A stretch of DNA of 48,512 bases from Marivivens sp. (GTDB lineage: Bacteria > Pseudomonadota > Alphaproteobacteria > Rhodobacterales > Rhodobacteraceae): NCBI GenBank assembly GCA_023254495.1, contig JALRLK010000048.1, positions 1 to 48,512 of the forward strand. Reading direction: 5' to 3'. The position numbers and the translations under genes were made by a program. Below, piece by piece: positions 38,297-48,512 of the stretch. Every line of letters starts with the position of its first letter. Within the stretch, counting starts at the first letter, position 1. Below the pieces are notes generated by a model. That model saw only the letters and a program-made list of their open reading frames with translations. It ran no database searches and was not told the origin of the DNA.

Positions 38297-38755
38297 TCAC
38301 TCGTCGACCACCTCGAAAAGCGCCGGCACCGCCGGACAGGGCGCGAGGCCATTGCCGACGATATCCGACAGCCGCGACTGGTGCAGATAGACATAGACAT
38401 GGGCCGAAAGCCCTTCCCAAAGCCGGTTGGTCAGCGATTGCGCCCGGCTGCCCGACAGGCCGCCGCTCGCACCCGCGCCCTTGTGCATGGCGCTCACAGT
38501 CTCGTCGACCGCTTCAAGAATGTCCGATACCCGAATCTCGGACGCAGGCCGCGCCAGCTTGTAGCCGCCCCCGGGCCCGCGGGCACTTTCCACCAGCGCC
38601 GCCCGCCGCAGCTTGACAAAAAGCTGCTCGAGATAGGGGAGAGAGATGTCCTGCCGCTTCGAGATTTCATTTAACGTCACAAGCGCACCGACCGGTTGCA
38701 GCGCCAGATCGGTCAGCGCAACCATCGCATATCGGCCCTTCGTGCTCAGTTTCAT
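38297..38755 (-). CDS. Rrf2 family transcriptional regulator (IscR/SufR-like position)
   Basis: ATG 38755 gives MKLSTKGRYAMVALTDLA... with the wHTH ISKRQDISLPYLEQLFVKLRR. It is the first gene of the suf cluster. Confidence 0.85.
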   Translation of the reverse strand: MKLSTKGRYAMVALTDLALQPVGALVTLNEISKRQDISLPYLEQLFVKLRRAALVESARGPGGGYKLARPASEIRVSDILEAVDETVSAMHKGAGASGGLSGSRAQSLTNRLWEGLSAHVYVYLHQSRLSDIVGNGLAPCPAVPALFEVVDE

Positions 38756-38870
38756 GCCCGAAACCCCCAAGTTTCCCACTAAAACCCCGAAATCGGCGCA
38801 TCTCCATTGACGCGCAGCCGAGGCCCGATTAACTCCTGCCGGAGCACTCCGCGCCCTTTCAGGCCGGAAA

Positions 38871-38885
38871 TTAGAATCCTTCTAA
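38871..38885. promoter_or_regulatory. AT-rich perfect palindrome TTAGAA-tcc-TTCTAA in the divergent Rrf2/hydrolase promoter region
   Basis: Read directly. It lies 54 nt upstream of the hydrolase ATG and 116 nt upstream of the Rrf2 ATG. It stands out against the GC-rich background. Confidence 0.2.
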
Positions 38886-38938
38886 GGTGCCTGAGAGTTT
38901 TCGTCAAGAATTCCGGGCCGCAACACACAGGGATAAAT

Positions 38939-39592
38939 ATGCCCGAAGTCATTTTCGCCGGCCCCGAAGGCCGACTCGAAGGCCGCTACCATCCGCAAAA
39001 GCACCGCGACGCGCCCATCGCCATAATCCTGCACCCCCATCCGCAGTTTGGCGGCACGATGAACAACCGCGTGGTCTATAACTTGCACTACGCCTTCCAT
39101 AACCTCGGCTTCACGGTGCTGCGCTTCAACTTCCGTGGCGTCGGCCGCAGCCAGGGCGAATACGATCAAGGCATCGGCGAATTGTCGGATGCCGCCTCGG
39201 CGCTCGACTATCTCCAGTCGATGAACCCCAATGCCAAGCATTGCTGGGTCGCGGGCTTCTCCTTCGGCGCCTGGATCGGGATGCAGCTCCTGATGCGCCG
39301 CCCCGAGATCACCGGCTTCATCTCGGTCGCTCCGCCCGCGAACATGTATGATTTCTCCTTCCTCGCCCCCTGCCCCTCTTCGGGCCTGATCATCAACGGC
39401 TCGGCCGACCGCGTCGCGCCGCCAGCCGATACCGTGGGCCTTGTCAAGAAGTTGCACGAGCAGAAGGGCATCACCATCACCCACGAGGTCGTCGAGGGTG
39501 CCGGTCACTTTTTCGAAGACCCGCATATGGACACGATGGTCGACAGCGTCCAAGGCTACGTCCGCCGCCGCCTGACCGAGACCACGAGATAG
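38939..39592 (+). CDS. Alpha/beta hydrolase
   Basis: 217 aa from ATG 38939. Nucleophile elbow AGFSFGAW. C-terminal GAGHFF. The track start at 38807 is an unlikely extension. Confidence 0.75.
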   Translation: MPEVIFAGPEGRLEGRYHPQKHRDAPIAIILHPHPQFGGTMNNRVVYNLHYAFHNLGFTVLRFNFRGVGRSQGEYDQGIGELSDAASALDYLQSMNPNAKHCWVAGFSFGAWIGMQLLMRRPEITGFISVAPPANMYDFSFLAPCPSSGLIINGSADRVAPPADTVGLVKKLHEQKGITITHEVVEGAGHFFEDPHMDTMVDSVQGYVRRRLTETTR

Positions 39593-39595
39593 GTC

Positions 39596-39880
39596 ATGGG
39601 GATTACCGAGGATCTCGCCGACGCTCTCGCCCGTGATACTATCGCGGTGGCCGAAAAACTTGGCGACAACAATCTGATCGCCGAAGTCTCCAAGGTTCTC
39701 GGCGCCTCTTCGACCACCACGCAAGAAGCCTTCATGACCACCGTCCGCGTCCGCCTGTCGGAGAAACGCGCCCGCGCCTTTCTGAAAGAACGCATCAAGA
39801 AAGGCCCGGTCGGTCCGAAAAAGGAAATCGGCACCGGTCCGATCCTCAACCCGACCGAAGACAACGCAGGCGGCCACTGA
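39596..39880 (+). CDS. Small hypothetical protein (94 aa)
   Basis: It starts 4 nt after the hydrolase stop, and its own stop overlaps the HD-domain gene start (TGATG). The sequence is charged and non-repetitive. I recognise no family. Confidence 0.5.
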   Translation: MGITEDLADALARDTIAVAEKLGDNNLIAEVSKVLGASSTTTQEAFMTTVRVRLSEKRARAFLKERIKKGPVGPKKEIGTGPILNPTEDNAGGH

Positions 39881-40467
39881 TGGCGGTTGCCTCGCGGATC
39901 GACGCGCAGATCGCCTTTCTCAATGAGGCTGACAAGCTCAAGGATCAGCTCCGCGCCACCCCGATCCTGAGCAACACCCGCCCCGAGAATTCGGCCGAGC
40001 ACAGCTGGCACATCATGCTCTACGCGCTGACGCTGGCCGAGCACGCCAATCGCCCGATCCAGATCGACCGCGTTCTGAAAATGCTGCTCCTGCACGATAT
40101 CGTCGAGATCGACGCAGGCGACGCCCCGATCCATGGCGATCACGATCCCGCCAAGCAAGAGGCCAAGGAAATCGCCGCCGCCGAGCGCATCTTCGGCCTT
40201 CTCCCCGCCGACCAGCGCGACGAATTCCGCAGCCTCTGGGAAGAATTCGAGGCCGCCGAAAGCGACGACGCGATCTTTGCCAAGTCGATCGACCGGGTGC
40301 AGCCGGTGATCTCCAACCTAGAGACCGGCGGCGGCAGCTGGATCGATTACAACGTGACCGCCGCTCAGCTTGAAAGCCGTGTCGGCGTGAAGGTTCGCCG
40401 CGGCGCGCCCGCGGTCTGGGATGCGCTCAAAACCCGGATCGACAGCTGGTTCGCCAGCCTCCGCTAG
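39880..40467 (+). CDS. HD domain-containing phosphohydrolase (YfbR-like)
   Basis: 195 aa. Metal-ligand contexts NSAEHSWH and LLHDIVEIDAGD. Confidence 0.8.
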   Translation: MAVASRIDAQIAFLNEADKLKDQLRATPILSNTRPENSAEHSWHIMLYALTLAEHANRPIQIDRVLKMLLLHDIVEIDAGDAPIHGDHDPAKQEAKEIAAAERIFGLLPADQRDEFRSLWEEFEAAESDDAIFAKSIDRVQPVISNLETGGGSWIDYNVTAAQLESRVGVKVRRGAPAVWDALKTRIDSWFASLR

Positions 40468-40569
40468 CTGGCACGATCTCTTTTTCGTATACCATCGCAT
40501 ACCGTCTGTTCACTTGGCCGATTATAGGCTATGAGCCGCGCAACCGAGTCTCATCCCGAAGGAGCAGCC

Positions 40570-41778
40570 ATGTCCAAGATCAAGGTAGCCAACCCTGTTG
40601 TCGAACTCGACGGCGACGAGATGACCCGCATCATCTGGGACTTCATCAAGAAGAAGCTGATCCTGCCCTATCTTGATATTGACCTGAAATACTACGATCT
40701 CGGCATCGAAGAGCGCGACCGCACCGACGACCAGATCACCATCGACGCCGCCAATGCCATCAAGCAATACGGCGTTGGCGTGAAATGTGCGACCATCACC
40801 CCCGACGAAGCCCGCGTCGAAGAGTTTGGCCTCAAACAAATGTGGCGTAGCCCGAACGGCACGATCCGCAACATCCTTGGCGGCGTGATCTTCCGCGAGC
40901 CGATCATCTGCTCGAACGTGCCCCGCCTCGTTCCCGGATGGACACAGCCGATCGTCGTCGGCCGCCATGCCTTTGGCGACCAGTATCGCGCCACCGATTT
41001 TCGCTTCCCCGGCAAGGGCAAACTCACCATCAAGTTTGTCGGCGAAGATGGGACTGTGATCGAACGTGATGTGTTCGACGCGCCGGGCGCTGGCGTCACG
41101 ATGGCGATGTACAATCTCGACCAGTCGATCATCGATTTTGCGCGTTCGTCGATGAACTATGGCCTTCTGAAGGGCTGGCCGGTCTACCTTTCGACCAAGA
41201 ACACCATCCTCAAGGCCTATGACGGCCGCTTTAAGGATCTGTTCCAGAAGGTCTATGAGGAGCAGTTTGAAGACAGGTTCAAGGCCGCCGGCATCCACTA
41301 CGAACACCGCCTGATCGACGACATGGTCGCCTCGGCGCTCAAGTGGTCCGGCGGCTATGTCTGGGCCTGCAAGAACTATGACGGCGACGTTCAATCCGAC
41401 ACCGTGGCGCAAGGTTTTGGTTCGCTGGGGCTGATGACCTCGGTCCTGATGACCCCCGACGGCAAAACGGTCGAGGCTGAAGCCGCCCACGGCACCGTGA
41501 CCCGCCACTATCGGCAACATCAGCAGGGTAAGCAGACCTCAACGAATTCGATTGCCTCGATCCATGCCTGGACAGGCGGCCTGAAGCACCGCGCCAAACT
41601 TGACGGCAACGAGGCGCTTATGAACTTTGCCACCACGCTTGAGCGGGTGACGGTTCAGGCGGTCGAGGACGGACATATGACCAAAGACCTCGCCCTTTTG
41701 GTTGGGCCCGATCAAAAATGGCTCACGACAATGGGCTATCTTGAAAAGGTCGACGAATACCTCAACAAGGCGATGTAA
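40570..41778 (+). CDS. icd: NADP-dependent isocitrate dehydrogenase (eukaryote-like homodimeric type)
   Basis: ATG 40570 follows [30 protein letters not shown]... and [23 protein letters not shown] are hallmark sequences. Confidence 0.95.
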   Translation: MSKIKVANPVVELDGDEMTRIIWDFIKKKLILPYLDIDLKYYDLGIEERDRTDDQITIDAANAIKQYGVGVKCATITPDEARVEEFGLKQMWRSPNGTIRNILGGVIFREPIICSNVPRLVPGWTQPIVVGRHAFGDQYRATDFRFPGKGKLTIKFVGEDGTVIERDVFDAPGAGVTMAMYNLDQSIIDFARSSMNYGLLKGWPVYLSTKNTILKAYDGRFKDLFQKVYEEQFEDRFKAAGIHYEHRLIDDMVASALKWSGGYVWACKNYDGDVQSDTVAQGFGSLGLMTSVLMTPDGKTVEAEAAHGTVTRHYRQHQQGKQTSTNSIASIHAWTGGLKHRAKLDGNEALMNFATTLERVTVQAVEDGHMTKDLALLVGPDQKWLTTMGYLEKVDEYLNKAM

Positions 41779-41786
41779 CAAATTTG

Positions 41787-41812
41787 GGCCGCGTCACCGA
41801 CGCGGCCTTCCT
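41787..41812 (+). terminator. Probable terminator after icd
   Basis: GGCCGCGTC-acc-GACGCGGCC (9-bp stem) followed by a pyrimidine-rich ttcctcctt tract, which is weak as a T-tract. Confidence 0.5.
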
Positions 41813-41827
41813 CCTTCAGGACCAGAG

Positions 41828-42430
41828 ATGACCGATCCCAAACAGCATTCCTTGATCGAGGATACGCAAGGCATCCTTTTCGGCTCCGGTATGGCCGCGG
41901 TCGGGATCGTGATCCTGACCCATCTCGGCCTTGTCACAGGCCAGACTGCTGGCCTCGCGATCTTGATCTCCTACATGACCGGCTGGAGCTTTGGCGCGGT
42001 GTTTTTCGTGGTCAACCTGCCGTTCTATTGGCTCGGCTATCGCCGCATGGGCAAGGTTTTTGTCCTCAAGACATTCCTTGCCGTGGCGATCCTCTCGGTT
42101 CTGGCCCAGACCCTGCCCGCCTATATCCGTTTCGAAAGCCTCGATCCGATCGTCGGCGCGATCCTTTTCGGGGCGATCACCGGCTCCGCCCTTCTCGCCC
42201 TCTTCCGACACGGCGCGAGCCTCGGGGGAATCGGCATCGTGGCGCTCTATCTGCAGGACAAGACCGGTTTTCGCGCCGGTTGGACCCAGCTTCTCTTCGA
42301 CGCCTGCCTCTTCGCCGCCGCCCTCACGGTGCGCGACGCCAAGACGGTGGCGATCTCCGCCTTGGGCGCGGTGGTCATCAACCTTGTCATCGCCGTCAAC
42401 CACCGAAGGGATCGGTATATCGCGATGTAG
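41828..42430 (+). CDS. YitT-family integral membrane protein
   Basis: 200 aa from ATG 41828 with 5-6 hydrophobic segments. The N-terminus HSLIEDTQGILFGS is typical of this family as I recall it. Confidence 0.7.
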   Translation: MTDPKQHSLIEDTQGILFGSGMAAVGIVILTHLGLVTGQTAGLAILISYMTGWSFGAVFFVVNLPFYWLGYRRMGKVFVLKTFLAVAILSVLAQTLPAYIRFESLDPIVGAILFGAITGSALLALFRHGASLGGIGIVALYLQDKTGFRAGWTQLLFDACLFAAALTVRDAKTVAISALGAVVINLVIAVNHRRDRYIAM

Positions 42431-42499
42431 CGATCCCGTCTGGCCTTTTGCCGCGTGGCACTGTATGGCCCGCGCAACCTCGCGCTAAAGGGCAGTTTC

Positions 42500-44317
42500 A
42501 TGGATATCCGCAACATCGCGATAATCGCGCACGTCGACCACGGCAAGACCACGCTTGTGGACGAGCTTCTCAAACAGTCGGGCGCGTTCCGTGAAAATCA
42601 GGCCGTGGCCGAACGGGCGATGGACTCAAACGACATCGAGCGCGAGCGGGGCATCACCATTCTTGCCAAGGCGACCTCGGTCGAGTGGAAAGGCACGCGC
42701 ATCAACATCGTCGACACCCCCGGCCACGCCGATTTCGGTGGCGAAGTGGAGCGCATCCTGAGCATGGTCGATGGCGTTTGCCTTCTGGTCGATGCCGCGG
42801 AAGGCCCGATGCCGCAGACGAAGTTTGTGACCTCCAAGGCGCTGGCACTTAGCCTCAAACCGATTGTCGTTCTGAACAAGGTCGACAAGCCCGATGCCGA
42901 ACCGGATCGCGCACTGGACGAATGTTTTGACCTTTTCGCCAACCTTGGCGCCAATGACGACCAGCTCGATTTCCCCCATGTCTATGCCTCCGGCCGCGCC
43001 GGTTGGGCCGACATGGAGCTTGACGGCCCCCGCAAAGACCTCTCGGCGCTCTTCGATCTGATCGTCCGCCATGTTGAGGCTCCCAAGCAAATTGCCCAAG
43101 CCAAAGAACCATTCCGGATGCTGGCGACCACGCTTTCCGCTGACCCCTTCATTGGCCGCATCCTCTCGGGCCGCGTTGAAAGCGGTACGCTCAAGGTGGG
43201 TGAGACCGTCAAGGCGCTGAGCCGCAAGAGCGAGAAGATCGAACAGTTCCGCGTGACCAAGATCCTCGCCTTCCGGGGCCTCTCGCAACAGCCGATCGAC
43301 GAGGCCGTGGCGGGCGATATCGTGACGCTCGCGGGCATGACCAAGGCCACCGTGGCCGACACGATCTGTGATCTGTCGGTTGATGTGGCGATCCCTGCCC
43401 AGCCGATCGACCCGCCGACCATTTCCGTTACCTTTGGCATCAACGACAGCCCGCTCGCGGGCCGCGATGGCAAGAAGGTCCAGTCCCGTGTGATCCGCGA
43501 GCGGTTGATGAAAGAGGCCGAGACCAACGTGGCGATCAAGGTGACCGACACGCCAGGTGGCGAGGCTTTCGAGGTTGCCGGGCGTGGCGAATTGCAGATG
43601 GGCGTTCTCATCGAAAACATGCGCCGCGAGGGATTTGAGCTGTCGATTTCGCGCCCGCAGGTTCTTTTCAAGGAAGAGGACGGCGTGCGGATGGAGCCTG
43701 TCGAGGAAGTCACCATCGACGTGGACGACGAATATACCGGCGCCGTCGTCGAGAAGCTGACTGGTCCGCGCAAGGGCGATCTTGTCGAGATGAAGCCCGC
43801 GGGCGCCGGCAAGACCCGGATCATCGCCCATGTGCCCTCGCGCGGCCTGATCGGCTATCAGGGCGAGTTCCTGACCGATACGCGCGGCTCGGGCGTGTTG
43901 AACCGCATCTTCCACGGCTGGACCCCGCATAAGGGGCCAATTCAGGGGCGGCGTCAGGGTGTTCTGATCTCGATCGAGAACGGCACTGCTGTGGCCTATG
44001 CGCTGTGGAACCTCGAAGAGCGCGGCAAGATGTTCGTCGTGCCGCAGGATCCGGTTTATGAGGGCATGATCATCGGCGAGCATAGCCGCGACAATGACCT
44101 CGAGGTGAACCCGCTTAAGGGCAAGAAGCTCACCAACGTACGCGCTTCGGGCACCGACGAGGCGGTGCGCCTGACGCCGCCGACCGTGATGAGCCTCGAG
44201 CAGGCGATTGCTTATATCGACGATGACGAGCTTGTCGAGGTGACGCCCAACGCGATCCGTCTGCGCAAGCGCTATCTCGATCCGCACGAGCGAAAGCGCC
44301 AATCGCGCAGCGCCTAA
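42500..44317 (+). CDS. typA: Translational GTPase TypA/BipA
   Basis: ATG 42500 gives [24 protein letters not shown] (G1), [14 protein letters not shown] (G3) and NKVDK (G4). 605 aa. Confidence 0.95.
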   Translation: MDIRNIAIIAHVDHGKTTLVDELLKQSGAFRENQAVAERAMDSNDIERERGITILAKATSVEWKGTRINIVDTPGHADFGGEVERILSMVDGVCLLVDAAEGPMPQTKFVTSKALALSLKPIVVLNKVDKPDAEPDRALDECFDLFANLGANDDQLDFPHVYASGRAGWADMELDGPRKDLSALFDLIVRHVEAPKQIAQAKEPFRMLATTLSADPFIGRILSGRVESGTLKVGETVKALSRKSEKIEQFRVTKILAFRGLSQQPIDEAVAGDIVTLAGMTKATVADTICDLSVDVAIPAQPIDPPTISVTFGINDSPLAGRDGKKVQSRVIRERLMKEAETNVAIKVTDTPGGEAFEVAGRGELQMGVLIENMRREGFELSISRPQVLFKEEDGVRMEPVEEVTIDVDDEYTGAVVEKLTGPRKGDLVEMKPAGAGKTRIIAHVPSRGLIGYQGEFLTDTRGSGVLNRIFHGWTPHKGPIQGRRQGVLISIENGTAVAYALWNLEERGKMFVVPQDPVYEGMIIGEHSRDNDLEVNPLKGKKLTNVRASGTDEAVRLTPPTVMSLEQAIAYIDDDELVEVTPNAIRLRKRYLDPHERKRQSRSA

Positions 44318-44320
44318 GAG

Positions 44321-44373
44321 GGGGCTCTGCCCCCGCCCTTCGGGCTCCCCCGGAGTATTTCAGACCAAAAGAA
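44321..44373 (+). repeat. Structured ~55-nt intergenic repeat, copy B (sense on the plus strand, typA 3' UTR)
   Basis: GGGGCTCTGCCCCCGcccttcgggCTCCCcCGGAGTATTTCagaCCAAAAGAaGAG shares its blocks with copy A at 38221-38277. The central hairpin differs but still pairs. Confidence 0.7.
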
Positions 44374-44407
44374 GAGCCGCCCTCGTTTGGGGCGGCTCTT
44401 TTGTTTT
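44366..44407. terminator. Bidirectional intrinsic terminator between convergent typA and the DUF1330 gene
   Basis: AAGAGCCGCCC-tcgtttg-GGGCGGCTCTT (11-bp stem), with ccaaaag upstream and ttgtttt downstream. Confidence 0.8.
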
Positions 44408-44424
44408 CAGTTGAGGAGAAGGGT

Positions 44425-44715
44425 CTATTCGGCCTCTTCGAGGATCATCAGATCGCGTTCGGAGGCGCCTTTGGCGTAGCTCAGGGCTTCCTGATAGGCG
44501 TCAGAATAGTAGCAGTCATGTGCCGCTTGCAGCGAGGGAAAGCGGGCGACGACGTTGCGGGGGCGGTCGTTGCCTTCGAGTTGCTCGTAGCGGCCGCCGC
44601 GGGCGAGGAAGACCCCGCCGTGGGCGGCGATGGCATGGGTGGCGCGCTTGGCGTATTCACCGTAGCGGGCCTCGTCGGTGACCTTGACGTGGGCAATCCA
44701 GAGAGCCTTGGGCAT
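44425..44715 (-). CDS. DUF1330 domain-containing protein
   Basis: 96 aa. MPKALWIAHVKVTDEARYGEYAK... is typical of DUF1330. It starts 4 nt after the alaS stop. Confidence 0.75.
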   Translation of the reverse strand: MPKALWIAHVKVTDEARYGEYAKRATHAIAAHGGVFLARGGRYEQLEGNDRPRNVVARFPSLQAAHDCYYSDAYQEALSYAKGASERDLMILEEAE

Positions 44716-44718
44716 CGG

Positions 44719-47379
<2,661 letters not shown>

Positions 47380-47469
47380 GGGGTATTGGGTCCGGAAAAC
47401 AATGGGCTTCGCCCCGTTTAGCCCCATGCTCTTGTGCTGTCCACAGGGACCGAGAGCCAAGAGCCGCGG

Positions 47470-47820
47470 CTAATCGGCATCGAAGGCCTTAAAGACGATG
47501 CGCCATTGGTCATCCGAGTGCAGAAGCGTGATCGTTTCGCGAAAGACACGCCCCTGCCAAGGGCTGCTGATCCGGGCCATAGCAACCGACCCGTCCACCT
47601 CGAGCGTCTCGAGAGCCCACGTCGAGACAGGATTGCCCGACTGCCTCGCAGCGGACGCCATTGCATCATCGCGCGTGAGCCAAACCTCGGCCCCTTCAAA
47701 TCGGCCTCCGGTCCGAAACTCGGGATGGAGAACCGAGCCGAGCCTTTCAGGATCGCCGCCCGTCGCCGCCTCGACATAGGTGGTGATGCAGGTGACGATC
47801 TCGTTGTGTGTCTTGGGCAT
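47470..47820 (-). CDS. NTF2-like / SnoaL-like small protein
   Basis: 116 aa from ATG 47820. The alpha+beta-type pattern ends in ITLLHSDDQWRIVFKAFDAD. The family call is tentative. Confidence 0.55.
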   Translation of the reverse strand: MPKTHNEIVTCITTYVEAATGGDPERLGSVLHPEFRTGGRFEGAEVWLTRDDAMASAARQSGNPVSTWALETLEVDGSVAMARISSPWQGRVFRETITLLHSDDQWRIVFKAFDAD

Positions 47821-47860
47821 CCTCGTGATCCCATATGGCGGTCGGAACGGACCAGATCCC

Positions 47861-47894
47861 AAGCGAAAAACGCGGCCCCGTTCGGAGCCGCGTT
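47861..47894 (-). terminator. Intrinsic terminator after recA
   Basis: The minus strand reads AACGCGGC-N10-GCCGCGTT followed by TTTTTCGCTT. Confidence 0.7.
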
Positions 47895-47930
47895 CATCCT
47901 TGCACAGGTCGGCGTAAAGGCCAAACCGAA

Positions 47931-48377
47931 CTACATATCCATCACGTCGTCGCTGTTGTCGTCATCGCCTGACGAGCCGAAATCGAGACCGTGGCTGGCG
48001 CGGATCTTGTCCTCGATCTCATAGGCCATCTCGGGATGTTCCTTGAGGAAGGTCTTGGCGTTCTCGCGGCCCTGACCGATGCGCTCGTCGCCGTAGGAGA
48101 ACCACGCGCCGGATTTCTCGACCACCCCGGCCTTGACGCCCAGATCGAGAAGCTCGCCGGTCTTGGAAATGCCCTCGCCATACATGATGTCGAACTCGAC
48201 CTGCTTGAAGGGCGGCGCCACCTTGTTCTTGACCACCTTCACGCGGGTCGTGTTGCCCACGACCTCTTCCCGATCCTTGATCGCACCGATGCGGCGGATA
48301 TCGAGGCGGACCGAGGCATAGAATTTGAGCGCGTTGCCGCCCGTCGTTGTCTCGGGGCTGCCGAACATGACGCCGAT
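47931..48377 (-). CDS. recA: RecA recombinase, C-terminal ~149 codons only (5' ~60% of the gene absent)
   Basis: [29 protein letters not shown]...[33 protein letters not shown]...[11 protein letters not shown] is unmistakably RecA. Upstream of codon I (48375-48377) the frame reads ...FGQERAVVE instead of the conserved ...IFINQIRMK. Confidence 0.9.
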   Translation of the reverse strand: MGVMFGSPETTTGGNALKFYASVRLDIRRIGAIKDREEVVGNTTRVKVVKNKVAPPFKQVEFDIMYGEGISKTGELLDLGVKAGVVEKSGAWFSYGDERIGQGRENAKTFLKEHPEMAYEIEDKIRASHGLDFGSSGDDDNSDDVMDM

Positions 48378-48512
48378 CTCGACGACCGCGCGCTCCTGGC
48401 CGAAGCCGACCGCGCCGGCGTGTCGATCGTCCCCGGCAGCGCGCTGACTGCCGGGCCGCCCAGCGCCACGATGCTGCGACTCGCCTACGGCTACGTGGAG
48501 CCGGAGGCGATC
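48378..48512 (+). CDS. Fragment resembling the C-terminal region of a PLP-dependent aminotransferase (class I/II or MocR-type); runs off the right edge
   Basis: The plus frame reads [45 protein letters not shown]. The pattern (GV-V-PGSAF ... LRL-Y ... E-I) is what I remember from aminotransferase C-termini. There is no room for its N-terminal part upstream. Confidence 0.3.

Overview
This is a visibly GC-rich alphaproteobacterial chromosomal segment. It looks Rhodobacterales-like, judged only by eye from the protein sequences. I call about 47 protein genes and 1 tRNA, and almost all are core housekeeping. The main loci are: (ompH)-bamA-rseP-dxr-cdsA-uppS-frr-pyrH; miaA; an AraC-associated family-5 ABC importer; ssb; aroK-aroB; xerD; a CorC/HlyC-type transporter; an ldtD-like/mepK-like peptidoglycan pair; tRNA-Arg(CCG); a long Rrf2-controlled suf Fe-S operon; icd; typA; alaS; and the 3' part of recA. 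I see no transposase, phage gene, CRISPR array, toxin-antitoxin pair or recognisable defence gene, so I cannot claim a clear novel system. The many long ORFs antisense to real genes are ordinary high-GC artefacts. Six things deserve a second look. (1) An apparent operon at 26.1-30.5 kb has an ldtD-like L,D-transpeptidase followed by an LpxD-type N-acyltransferase, a dedicated ACP and a KAS I/II condensing enzyme, with no reductase or dehydratase. It may be a lipid A acyl-diversification module. (2) The 424-nt gap at 25.1-25.5 kb holds two orphan intrinsic terminators, implying two small RNAs, one with a CCUCCC loop. (3) A DUF853/YjgR-type ATPase gene carries three independent disabling lesions. 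(4) recA homology stops abruptly at about 48.37-48.38 kb and the sequence switches to an unrelated plus-strand aminotransferase-like fragment. This is either a rearrangement or an assembly chimera at the window edge. (5) A REP-like perfect inverted pair sits inside the suf operon. (6) A second structured repeat of about 55 nt is present in two copies. All family names come from motif recognition by eye. No searches or computations were run.
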